A stretch of DNA of 32,000 nucleotides from Dickeya dadantii NCPPB 898 (GTDB lineage Bacteria; Pseudomonadota; Gammaproteobacteria; Enterobacterales; Enterobacteriaceae): contig NZ_CM001976.1 in the NCBI RefSeq assembly GCF_000406145.1, positions 2,861,337 through 2,893,336 of the forward strand. Reading direction: 5' to 3'. This document shows, piece by piece, positions 1 to 10,344 of this stretch. Under the pieces are notes generated by a model that saw only the letters and a program-made list of their open reading frames with translations, did not search any database and was not told the DNA's origin. Made by a program: the position numbers and the translations under genes. The first letter of the stretch is position 1. Every line of letters begins with the position of its first letter.

Positions 1-1519
<1,519 letters not shown>

Positions 1520-1597
1520 TTATTCTGACAAGCCTGTCACCCAGGCAATCTGTTATTTTGTGATATCACGCAAACTTCGGTTTTCCGTACCCGAGGT

Positions 1598-2590
<993 letters not shown>

Positions 2591-2939
2591 CTAACTTACC
2601 ACCGGCGCGCGCGGGCTCAACTACCCGGTGACGGAAACGTGACCGGGATCGACACAAACCCGACGCCGCCGATTATTAACAGACGTTAACAACCCGATGG
2701 TCTTCTGGTGGCTGCATGGGCCGATACTTCAGTATCGAACGGCAGTCTGCTGGCGTACCGGGAGAATTTATCATTGTATGCGATGTACACATCACCAACT
2801 GCAAATGTCAATTTGGAATCAAAAAACACAGTCAGAAACGCAATGAAATTGCCAGAAAACGCGCATTTACCTTTCTGAAATGCATGTTTTTGAATTTTGC
2901 AGCATACTGAGCCACAGGTTCAATTCGTAATGGTATGCA

Positions 2940-3404
2940 ATGCTAAAAATGGATGAAATTGATAGCCGTATTCTGCGAGAATTGCAAAAAGATGGCCGTA
3001 TCCCCAACAATATTTTGGCCGAAAAAGTTGGCTTATCGCCTTCTCCCTGCCTTCGGCGGGTAAAAAACCTCGAAGACAGCGGCACCATCGATCGCTATGT
3101 GGCTATCCTGAATCCTCAGACCGTTGGGCTTAACCTGACGCTGTTTGTCCGTATCTGGCTGGAAAGTCAGGGGGAAGAAACGGTTGCGCATTTTTGCCGC
3201 GAGGTCGCGAGGCTGCATGAAGTCGTTGAGTGCCACCTGATGGTCGGCGACTGCGACTTTATCCTGCGGGTCGTTGCAAAGGATTTAAATGCCTATCGGC
3301 AATTTCAGATCAAGCACCTGGCACGTATTAAAGGGGTGCGGAGCATCAAAACCGAGCTCCCAATGCAGACCATTAAGCAGACAACTGAACTCCCGGTCCG
3401 ATAA
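2940..3404 (+). CDS. Lrp/AsnC-family transcriptional regulator
   Basis: 154-aa ORF. N-terminal HTH (DEIDSRILRELQKDGRIPNNILAEKVGLSPSPCLRRVKNLEDSG) and a C-terminal RAM-like domain are typical of the family. Start could be 2940 or 2949; no clear SD for either. Confidence 0.85.
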   Translation: MLKMDEIDSRILRELQKDGRIPNNILAEKVGLSPSPCLRRVKNLEDSGTIDRYVAILNPQTVGLNLTLFVRIWLESQGEETVAHFCREVARLHEVVECHLMVGDCDFILRVVAKDLNAYRQFQIKHLARIKGVRSIKTELPMQTIKQTTELPVR

Positions 3405-3490
3405 AAAGCATTGCGGGCGAACACCCGCATTCCTTACTGACTACACAAGGATACAGAACGGCTTTCTGGATCGACGTCATTATCGTGAGC

Positions 3491-3550
3491 TCGCTTGTAA
3501 TGACGTCGATTGTAATGACGTCGATTGTAATGACGTCGCTTGCAAACGCC
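3491..3550. repeat. 15-bp tandem repeat, 4 units (TCGMTTGTAATGACG; last unit degenerate)
   Basis: Direct reading: tcgcttgtaatgacg / tcgattgtaatgacg / tcgattgtaatgacg / tcgcttgcaaacgcc. Lies in the convergent spacer between the Lrp-family gene and azlD. Confidence 0.95.
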
Positions 3551-3568
3551 GTTGCCGGGTGCCTTCCG

Positions 3569-3859
3569 TCAAAGCAGATGGCGTAAAAATGCCGTTGTCA
3601 GTACGCTGATGATCACCACGGGGAGCAGTGAAAATCGCATGGCGGCCAGCAGCGAAATAAGTAATGCCAGTTGGCCGGCCGGTTCAGTAGTGACGAAATG
3701 AGGTGCGATGACAGTGATCAGCACGCAGCCGGGAGCGGCCTCCACAACGGCTTTTAAACGCGGCCCCACTCGTCTTCCATGCAACAGCGCATAGCCGGCT
3801 ATGCGTGTCAGGTACGTGGTGATTGCCATCAGCAGGATGGTCAGCAATGTGAGGCTCAT
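3569..3859 (-). CDS. azlD: AzlD-family branched-chain amino acid transport protein, 96 aa
   Basis: Small hydrophobic protein MSLTLLTILLMAITTYLTRIAGYALL... Its ATG overlaps the azlC stop (ATGA). The longer track ORF (to 4060) overlaps azlC and is rejected. Confidence 0.75.
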   Translation of the reverse strand: MSLTLLTILLMAITTYLTRIAGYALLHGRRVGPRLKAVVEAAPGCVLITVIAPHFVTTEPAGQLALLISLLAAMRFSLLPVVIISVLTTAFLRHLL

Positions 3860-4587
3860 GATGTTTTCCCGTTCAGTAACAGTATTGCGAGCATCCCCGT
3901 TGCTGCGCCGACAGGTACATAGGCCGCGCCGGGCCAAAAATGATAGGTCGCCGCAGCGCAAACAAGGCTGACCAGCCACGGAAGTGCAGGCAGCAATCCG
4001 CGCCACATCCCTTTTAAAAGCACCAAAAAAACGGCGGGAAACGCCATGTCGAAGCCCCATTCAGTCACATCACCGAGAACCGGCCCAACAATAACGCCGA
4101 CCCCCGTCGAAATAACCCAGACGAGCCACAGCGCAGACGCCACGCCGGCATAAAACCCCATGCTGAAACCTGAAGAGCCCTGCTGGCGGCGCTTTGCGGC
4201 GTCAGCGACACTCATTGCCCAACTCTCATCACACATGAAAAACAGCGCCAGAAGCGCGTGACGACGCGGAAGATGAGCAAGAAAAGGGGCAAACGAGGCC
4301 CCCATTAGAAGATGGCGGCTGTTAATCAGCATGCTGACGAGCACGATGGTCAAAACATGAGGGGGCGACGTCCAGAGCGACATTGCAGCGAATTCAGAAC
4401 CGCCACCGAAATTCAGTCCGGTCATCAACACCAGCGCTGATGCAGAAAAGCCTTTCTGCGCGGCCTGCGCGCCCAGCAACAAGCCAAACGGAACGAACCC
4501 TATCATCACCGGGATAGCCGCCACCAGCCCCCTGCTGAATTCATTGGCGAAGGTTCCGGTATGGAAAAATGCAAACAAACGGGACAT
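3856..4587 (-). CDS. azlC: AzlC-family branched-chain amino acid permease subunit, 243 aa
   Basis: Polytopic membrane protein with AzlC/YgaZ-like sequence (...GLNFGGGSEFAA...LINSRHLLMGAS...). Translationally coupled to azlD. AGGAGT SD upstream of the ATG. Confidence 0.85.
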   Translation of the reverse strand: MSRLFAFFHTGTFANEFSRGLVAAIPVMIGFVPFGLLLGAQAAQKGFSASALVLMTGLNFGGGSEFAAMSLWTSPPHVLTIVLVSMLINSRHLLMGASFAPFLAHLPRRHALLALFFMCDESWAMSVADAAKRRQQGSSGFSMGFYAGVASALWLVWVISTGVGVIVGPVLGDVTEWGFDMAFPAVFLVLLKGMWRGLLPALPWLVSLVCAAATYHFWPGAAYVPVGAATGMLAILLLNGKTS

Positions 4588-4978
4588 AAAAATACTCCTT
4601 TCAGGAAGGAATATTATAAATTTTCCCTATTGGAATTTGCGGGCGTATTGGCTGTAAAAACCCACAACATCGGCACCAAATTTCACATTTTACTCATTTT
4701 ATGAAATTCTTAATCACTACTCTGGTAGATTGCCATATCCAGCCTTAAGGCCAGCGACACGTTTATTTCAGGGGCGAGCGATGCCTGAATCTGGAGCCCT
4801 CGCCTTTATCCGATGCTTCTCTGAACCATTCGACACGGTTCGTAAATTAATAACCAAAAGCAGGATACGTAACGGGCCGATCTTTTGTTACAATTCAATA
4901 AAGTAATAATTGGGGAATGTGCTTCCCAGTTGAAGGGAGGTATTTGTTCACTACGTCTGTTAGTGTTGTTCATTAATC

Positions 4979-5007
4979 AAAAGAAAGCCCACTGTATGAG
5001 TGGGCTT
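4979..5007 (-). terminator. Intrinsic terminator of the flavin oxidoreductase gene
   Basis: Hairpin AAGCCCACT-(5 nt)-AGTGGGCTT followed on the minus strand by TTTCTTTT, 14 nt after the stop at 5021. Confidence 0.8.
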
Positions 5008-5020
5008 CCGGGAATATCAA

Positions 5021-6178
5021 TCAAAGATAAGTCACATTATCTATCTGTCGGGCAGAGTCATCGTTAAGACCGAGGATATCGAAACCCGGCATATCCCGAA
5101 TAAACTCAAGGAAAGGGGGCTTGATGCCTAAATCGTCCAGATCGGCGGCATGTAAGCGGTAGCGAATCGTCTCTTCATGCCCGGAAATCACCTTCTCAAC
5201 CCAGTTAGGATCAATAATAAGCTGATGACCCAGCGCAACAAAATCAATATCGCTCTGCATCACTTCTTCTGCCTGTGCAGGCGTTCTGACATTACCTACC
5301 GCAATAACCGGTTTTTTAGGGCTTTCTTTCTTAAGCTGCGTAATAATCGGCGCCGTATTGTTTTTATCACGCATCGATGAGCGCCACACGGAGCCCATAG
5401 AAACATGGATATAATCAAGCTCGGTTTGCTGTAACTTCCCGACGAAATATCGGGTATCATCCAGCGTAATGCCGGGCTCTTCAATTTCCTCCGGTGATAA
5501 ACGATACCCCACAATAAATGAAGGCGATGCATATTTATTTTTGACCTTCATCACCTCGTCAATAACGGCCAAAGGCAGGTTTAATCGTTTATCAAGACTG
5601 CCGCCCCACTCATCGGTGCGCCGGTTAGAGTGAGGAGAAACAAATTGCTGCAATAAATACGTATTTGCGCCATGTAGTTCGATCCCATCAAAGCCGGCCT
5701 GAATTGCTCTTCGCGTCGCCTGAGCAAAATCATTGATTAAACTTACGATCTCAGCGGAGCTTAGTTCGCGTGGCGTCTCTGCGCCATTTCGCGGCGCGGC
5801 CACGGCGCTGGCGCTAACCGGCTGCAATCCGCGGGTAATAAATGAATTGGTCATTCTCCCTGCGCTGAACATTTGCAGAATGGCTTTTGCCCCACGTGAT
5901 TTAATGGCATGGGCCAATTTCGCCAGGCCGGGGATTTTACTGTCATCGTCAACCCCCAATTGACCTTCAAACCCTTTACCTTCTTTATTAATGTACGCTA
6001 CTGGTGTAATAAATAAACCAACGCCGCCTGCACGCTGCTGCATATAGTTTATTTCTTCCAGTGTGACGGTTCCGTCCTCGAAAGACATCTGCTCAGTCAT
6101 TGGCGGAAGCACTACCCGGTTTTTAATAACCACCCCATTGGGAAGCGTTATAGGTTTGATAAAACGATAATCCGTCAT
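5021..6178 (-). CDS. NADH:flavin oxidoreductase, Old Yellow Enzyme family, 385 aa
   Basis: OYE-like TIM-barrel sequence (...VVLPPMTE...AKAILQMFSAGR...GFDGIELHGANTYLLQQFVSPHSNRRTDEWGGS...). Visibly more AT-rich than the flanking genes. Confidence 0.85.
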   Translation of the reverse strand: MTDYRFIKPITLPNGVVIKNRVVLPPMTEQMSFEDGTVTLEEINYMQQRAGGVGLFITPVAYINKEGKGFEGQLGVDDDSKIPGLAKLAHAIKSRGAKAILQMFSAGRMTNSFITRGLQPVSASAVAAPRNGAETPRELSSAEIVSLINDFAQATRRAIQAGFDGIELHGANTYLLQQFVSPHSNRRTDEWGGSLDKRLNLPLAVIDEVMKVKNKYASPSFIVGYRLSPEEIEEPGITLDDTRYFVGKLQQTELDYIHVSMGSVWRSSMRDKNNTAPIITQLKKESPKKPVIAVGNVRTPAQAEEVMQSDIDFVALGHQLIIDPNWVEKVISGHEETIRYRLHAADLDDLGIKPPFLEFIRDMPGFDILGLNDDSARQIDNVTYL

Positions 6179-6365
6179 TTTTGCTCCAAAATGATAATAA
6201 CCACATCAATACGACTAATCAGTTATTCGCATACTAGAGGAAAGATTAGGGAATGTGCGTCCCATAATAGGGGAGCAGGGAGAGCTAATTTGAGGAAGCG
6301 GTATTAAAGTTATGTATCACATCAATACCGCAACATAAAAAAAACAAAAAAAGACAAAATTCAAC

Positions 6366-7286
6366 CTAGATTATTTCTCGCCATGGTACGTCTTTGTTTT
6401 GCCATTCATCGACGATCAAATCAACGAACCCTCGAATTCTGGGCGACAGATGCCTTTTACTTGGATAAATTATCCGCACAGGCTCAGGCGCTATTTTAAA
6501 TTCCGTTAAAATAGCGACCAGTTCACCCTTCTCAAGCGCCTGGAAGGCCAGATAGTCTGGCAATTGAATAATACCGAACCCGGCAATGGCCGAAGATAAC
6601 ATCGCTTCTGAGCTATCTATATCCATGCGGCCCGGTCCGTCATAAATAAAATCCCCGAACGGAGTCATATAGCGCCAGTTTCGGCGCTTCTCCGCGTTAC
6701 GAAAGAAAACGGTGTCGTGTTTGCTTAATTCTTCCGGGGTCACAGGTACGCCACGCCTTGCTAAATATTCAGGCGAGGCGCAAGTCACCATATGCTGGGT
6801 CGCGATGGTTCTCGTGAGTATCCGCGAGTCGTCTTTTGGCTCGCCAATGCGGATGGCGATATCAAACCCTTCTTCAATCAGGTCGACGTAGCGATCGGAG
6901 AACACCACATCGGCTCTTAGCTCCGGCCATTTTTTTAGAAATCGATCGATAACGGGAAGTACATGCCGTTGCCCTAGCGAGAGCGGCGCGGTCAACCGCA
7001 GGGTGCCGGTGGGTTTTTCTCGCCGCAGCGCCATGGTTGCATCGACTTCTTCCAGATCCTCAAGAATTTGCTTGCATCGCTCATACATGATTCGCCCCTC
7101 TTCCGTCAGGCTGAGCTGGCGTGTCGTCCGGTTGAGCAGCCTGACGCCCAGTTGGGATTCCAGCCGTGTGATGCTTTTCCCGATGGCCGAGCGGGATACC
7201 CCCACGCTGCCCGAGGCGCGCGTGTAATTCCCTGAGTCAACCACAGCCACAAAGGCCGCGATGTCACCTATACGATTCAGTTCCAT
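6366..7286 (-). CDS. LysR-family transcriptional regulator, 306 aa
   Basis: MELNRIGDIAAFVAVVDSGNYTRASGSVGVSRSAIGKSITRLESQLGVRLLNRTTRQLSLTEEG is a canonical LTTR HTH. Start set at ATG 7286 rather than 7346 by family N-terminus. Confidence 0.88.
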   Translation of the reverse strand: MELNRIGDIAAFVAVVDSGNYTRASGSVGVSRSAIGKSITRLESQLGVRLLNRTTRQLSLTEEGRIMYERCKQILEDLEEVDATMALRREKPTGTLRLTAPLSLGQRHVLPVIDRFLKKWPELRADVVFSDRYVDLIEEGFDIAIRIGEPKDDSRILTRTIATQHMVTCASPEYLARRGVPVTPEELSKHDTVFFRNAEKRRNWRYMTPFGDFIYDGPGRMDIDSSEAMLSSAIAGFGIIQLPDYLAFQALEKGELVAILTEFKIAPEPVRIIYPSKRHLSPRIRGFVDLIVDEWQNKDVPWREII

Positions 7287-7604
7287 AATGTCGCTCTCTG
7301 CGGGGAAGCGCCTTCCTTCCCGTGATATGGGAATAGTATTCCCCAAATTATCGCTTACTCATCGCATTAGCTTAACAACAAGCCGTTAGCAGGGAGGAGT
7401 TGTTTTTTGTACGTCATCGATACAGCACCTTTTACTGACCATCGCTCAGCGTCTGTTGGATAACGGTGGCTAAAGCGCCGAACGGGAATATCAACGATGT
7501 GGACGGCTCCCGGGGATGGATAAAGCAGTTGGCGGTGGTTAACGCGAGTTGCCGCGTTACCCTGGTCGTCACAACCGTTGTAATGAGGAATCGAATTATT
7601 ACGG

Positions 7605-7664
7605 CGATTTTTTGATAGTGGACAATTTTTTGATAACGGGCAATTTTTTGATAACGGACAATCG
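7605..7664. repeat. 18-bp tandem repeat, 3 units plus a partial fourth (CAATTTTTTGATAACGGR)
   Basis: cgattttttgatagtgga / caattttttgataacggg / caattttttgataacgga / caatcg... Confidence 0.95.
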
Positions 7665-7858
7665 TACCTGCATAACGCCGAAACCCCCGCTGCATATCTT
7701 GCCAGACCAGTCAGTAACGCCCTGGGCGCCAGGTTCATTCCACATCGATAGCCAGATATTCTTAGTGCATTTGCGCAACAAGTTTGTGTAAAAACAATAA
7801 ATCGCACATTTTTTTGCGCAAGAGCACGAAAATACGCGTTATCCTTCCGTTCAATGAC

Positions 7859-7886
7859 TTGTATCTCTTTGCCTGATAACTATAAT
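7859..7886 (+). promoter_or_regulatory. Candidate sigma70 promoter of pykF (TTGTAT-16 nt-TATAAT)
   Basis: Perfect -10 TATAAT at 7881..7886 and TTGTAT at 7859..7864. A Cra operator lies just downstream. Implies a ~265-nt leader. Confidence 0.4.
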
Positions 7887-7903
7887 ACGGAACGTCGTTT
7901 CAT

Positions 7904-7917
7904 TGAATGGTTTCAGC
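7904..7917 (-). promoter_or_regulatory. Cra (FruR) operator upstream of pykF
   Basis: Minus strand GCTGAAACCATTCA matches every position of the Cra consensus RSTGAAWCSNTHHW. pykF is a classical Cra-repressed gene in E. coli. Confidence 0.65.
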
Positions 7918-8158
7918 GAATCCACGTGCCACGGACAAAAACACAATCAACAACACAATCCTCCGGGATATTGCCGCCTCGCCCACTCTTGATCATGGGC
8001 AATATCCGGTCACGTGCTTCTACGCTCTCCCTCGTCTGTCACCATCTATACTTATCATTCTCTCGCAGTCGCAAACGTATTGTCCCCGGAGGTTCAGCTT
8101 CGTCTAACCGCCGGTCACCCTGTTTTTTTATCCATCACAACTTGTAGAAACTACCGTT

Positions 8159-9571
8159 ATGAAAAAGACTAAAATCGTTTGTACCATCGGCCCGAAAACC
8201 GAATCAGAGGAAGTGCTGGGCAAACTGCTGAAAGCAGGCATGAATGTGATGCGCCTGAACTTCTCTCACGGTGACTATGCCGAACATGGTCAACGTATCA
8301 AGAACTTACGCGCTATCACGGAAAAAACCGGTCTGAAAGCAGCGATCCTACTGGATACCAAAGGCCCGGAAATCCGGACCATTAAGCTGGAAAACGGCGC
8401 GGACGTCTCCCTGACCGCCGGTCAGACCTTCACTTTCACCACCGACCAGAGCGTCATCGGCAATAAAGAACGCGTGGCGGTAACCTATGCCGGTTTTGCC
8501 AACGATCTGAGCGTCGGCAACACCGTACTGGTCGACGATGGTCTGATCGGTATGGAAGTCATTGAGATCAAAGGTGGCGAAGTTATTTGTAAGGTGCTGA
8601 ACAACGGCGACCTGGGCGAAAACAAGGGCGTTAACCTGCCGGGCGTTTCCATCCAGTTGCCGGCGCTGGCGGAAAAAGACAAGCGCGACCTGATTTTCGG
8701 CTGCGAACAAGGCGTCGATTTCGTGGCGGCGTCCTTTATCCGCAAACGTTCCGACGTAGAAGAGATCCGCGCTCACCTGAAACAGCACGGCGGCGAGCAC
8801 ATCCAGATCATCTCCAAGATCGAAAACCAGGAAGGTCTGAACAACTTCGACGACATTCTGGACGCCTCTGACGGCATTATGGTGGCGCGCGGCGACCTGG
8901 GCGTTGAGATCCCGGTTGAAGAAGTGATCTTCGCTCAGAAAATGATGATCGAAAAATGCAACCAGGCCCGCAAAGTCGTAATCACCGCGACCCAGATGCT
9001 GGACTCGATGATCAAGAACCCGCGTCCGACCCGCGCCGAAGCCGGTGACGTCGCCAACGCCATCATCGACGGCACCGACGCGGTGATGCTGTCCGGCGAG
9101 AGCGCCAAAGGCAAATACCCGCTGGAAGCGGTCAGCATCATGGCGACCATCTGCGAACGCACCGATAGAGTGATGACATCGCGTCTGGATAAACTGCAAA
9201 GCAGCAGCAAACTGCGCATCACCGAAGCGGTGTGCCGTGGCGCGGTGGAAACTGCAGAGAAACTGGAAGCGCCGCTGATCGTCGTCGCCACCCACGGCGG
9301 CAAATCCGCCAAATCCATCCGTAAATACTTCCCGAATGCCCGCATTCTGGCGCTGACCACCAACGAAATCACCGCGCGTCAGCTGCTGCTGAGCAAAGGC
9401 GTGGAAACGATGCTGGTGAAAGAAATCGCGTCCACCGATGATTTCTACCGCATCGGTAAAGAAGCAGCGCTGAAGAGCGGCATGGCCCAGGAAGGCGACG
9501 TAGTGGTGATGGTTTCCGGCGCGCTGGTGTCGAGTGGTACCACCAACACCTCTTCGGTACACCGCCTGTAA
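8159..9571 (+). CDS. pykF: Pyruvate kinase I (fructose-1,6-bisphosphate activated), 470 aa
   Basis: [47 protein letters not shown]... is near-identical in length and sequence to E. coli PykF. Synteny with lpp. Confidence 0.97.
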   Translation: MKKTKIVCTIGPKTESEEVLGKLLKAGMNVMRLNFSHGDYAEHGQRIKNLRAITEKTGLKAAILLDTKGPEIRTIKLENGADVSLTAGQTFTFTTDQSVIGNKERVAVTYAGFANDLSVGNTVLVDDGLIGMEVIEIKGGEVICKVLNNGDLGENKGVNLPGVSIQLPALAEKDKRDLIFGCEQGVDFVAASFIRKRSDVEEIRAHLKQHGGEHIQIISKIENQEGLNNFDDILDASDGIMVARGDLGVEIPVEEVIFAQKMMIEKCNQARKVVITATQMLDSMIKNPRPTRAEAGDVANAIIDGTDAVMLSGESAKGKYPLEAVSIMATICERTDRVMTSRLDKLQSSSKLRITEAVCRGAVETAEKLEAPLIVVATHGGKSAKSIRKYFPNARILALTTNEITARQLLLSKGVETMLVKEIASTDDFYRIGKEAALKSGMAQEGDVVVMVSGALVSSGTTNTSSVHRL

Positions 9572-9593
9572 TTCGATAATGAGAATATTTCAA

Positions 9594-9620
9594 AGCGCCC
9601 TGCGGGGCGCTTTTTATTTT
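9594..9620 (+). terminator. pykF intrinsic terminator
   Basis: GCGCCC-TGCG-GGGCGC followed by TTTTTATTTT. Confidence 0.85.
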
Positions 9621-9804
9621 GGCGCCATGTTTATCGCTGATAAATAGCGCGATCGGTTATACAAAAAAAGCATATCCGCGGCCGTGAAGGTCGGAGTAAT
9701 CTGATAAGATAGCGCTGTTTTCCTTACTTTTTTAACCTGCCTGTAAAACTCGATGATTCTTTGAGCGAACGATCAAAATTAAGCATGTTCCCATCAAAAA
9801 TTTA

Positions 9805-9833
9805 TTCTCATCAGAAAACGGTTTGTGTAATAC
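9805..9833 (+). promoter_or_regulatory. lpp promoter (-35 TTCTCA, 17 nt, -10 TAATAC)
   Basis: The segment TTGTGTAATACTTGTAACGCTACATGGAGATTAACTCAAT.TAGAGGGTATTAATAATG is almost identical to the E. coli lpp promoter/leader as I recall it. Confidence 0.75.
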
Positions 9834-9878
9834 TTGTAACGCTACATGGAGATTAACTCAATTTAGAGGGTATTAATA

Positions 9879-10115
9879 ATGAATCGTACTAAACTGGTAC
9901 TGGGCGCGGTAATCCTGGGTTCCACTCTGCTGGCTGGTTGCTCCAGCAATGCTAAACTGGATCAGCTGTCTTCTGACGTTTCTTCTCTGAACGAAAAAGT
10001 ATCTGCTCTGACCAGCAAAGTTGACGCTCTGGCTACCGACGTGCAGGCTGCTAAAGATGACGCAGCTCGTGCTAACCAGCGCCTGGACAACCAGGTTCGT
10101 ACTTACAAGAAGTAA
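9879..10115 (+). CDS. lpp: Major outer membrane (Braun) lipoprotein Lpp, 78 aa
   Basis: [34 protein letters not shown]... Lipobox LLAG-C, heptad coiled coil, C-terminal Lys. Confidence 0.97.
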   Translation: MNRTKLVLGAVILGSTLLAGCSSNAKLDQLSSDVSSLNEKVSALTSKVDALATDVQAAKDDAARANQRLDNQVRTYKK

Positions 10116-10129
10116 GAACTGGTTGAATG

Positions 10130-10161
10130 AAAAATGGCGCACTTTGTGCGCCATTTTTTTT
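10130..10161 (+). terminator. lpp intrinsic terminator
   Basis: TGGCGCAC-TTT-GTGCGCCA followed by T8. Confidence 0.9.
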
Positions 10162-10205
10162 GCTCTTCTCTTTGCTCTTATCACACCCTCTTCCTGAGCG
10201 TGCCG

Positions 10206-10295
10206 CCTAACCGAACACTGCTTTACCTAACATCGATTTACCGAGCATCGTCTTACTAAACATCGTTTTACTAAACATCGCCTTGCCAAAAACAC
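10206..10295. repeat. 15-bp tandem repeat, 6 units (core YTTTACTAAACATCG; outer units degenerate)
   Basis: CATCG recurs at 10231, 10246, 10261 and 10276, exactly 15 bp apart. Units: cctaaccgaacactg / ctttacctaacatcg / atttaccgagcatcg / tcttactaaacatcg / ttttactaaacatcg / ccttgccaaaaacac. Confidence 0.9.
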
Positions 10296-10344
10296 GCCTG
10301 ATGTGTCAGAACGCCCGCTGATGGCGTCCTGACACAGGTGGTGA

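Noticed and set aside
2716-2910. Small intergenic ORFs at 2716..2910, 4885..5067, 7854..8147, 7907..8107, 21945..22133, 23527..23709 and 29029..29232.
   Set aside because: They have no SD, odd composition, and overlap promoters, leaders or terminators of neighbouring genes. No family resemblance.
3491-3550. Possibility that the short tandem repeats (here and at 7605, 10206, 11991, 21844 and 26177) are CRISPR arrays.
   Set aside because: The units are head-to-tail with no spacers and are only 15-22 bp long. There are no cas genes in the window.
7367-7807. 146-aa minus-strand ORF containing CPLSKN x3.
   Set aside because: The repeat is the 18-bp DNA repeat read in one of several simultaneously open frames. 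There is no SD, no family resemblance, and the sequence is Cys/Arg-rich and implausible. It is kept only as a question under findings.
4588-7860. Calling the AT-rich LysR/OYE segment a genomic island or mobile element.
   Set aside because: There is no integrase, transposase, tRNA anchor or terminal inverted repeats. Only compositional contrast and one 31-bp direct repeat are present, so it is reported as a finding rather than a mobile_element feature.
8348-9562. 404-aa minus-strand ORF antisense to pykF. The same applies to the long antisense ORFs at 23875..25734, 19135..20385, 20821..21945, 15405..16319, 13912..14604, 14393..15271, 12104..12619, 12842..13396, 22348..23316, 26303..27151, 29698..30591 and 30691..31407.
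   Set aside because: They are mirror-frame shadows of strongly conserved genes in GC-rich DNA. Their products are Arg/Gly/His/Gln-rich low-complexity sequences with no SD or recognisable domains. The sense-strand genes match E. coli orthologues end to end.
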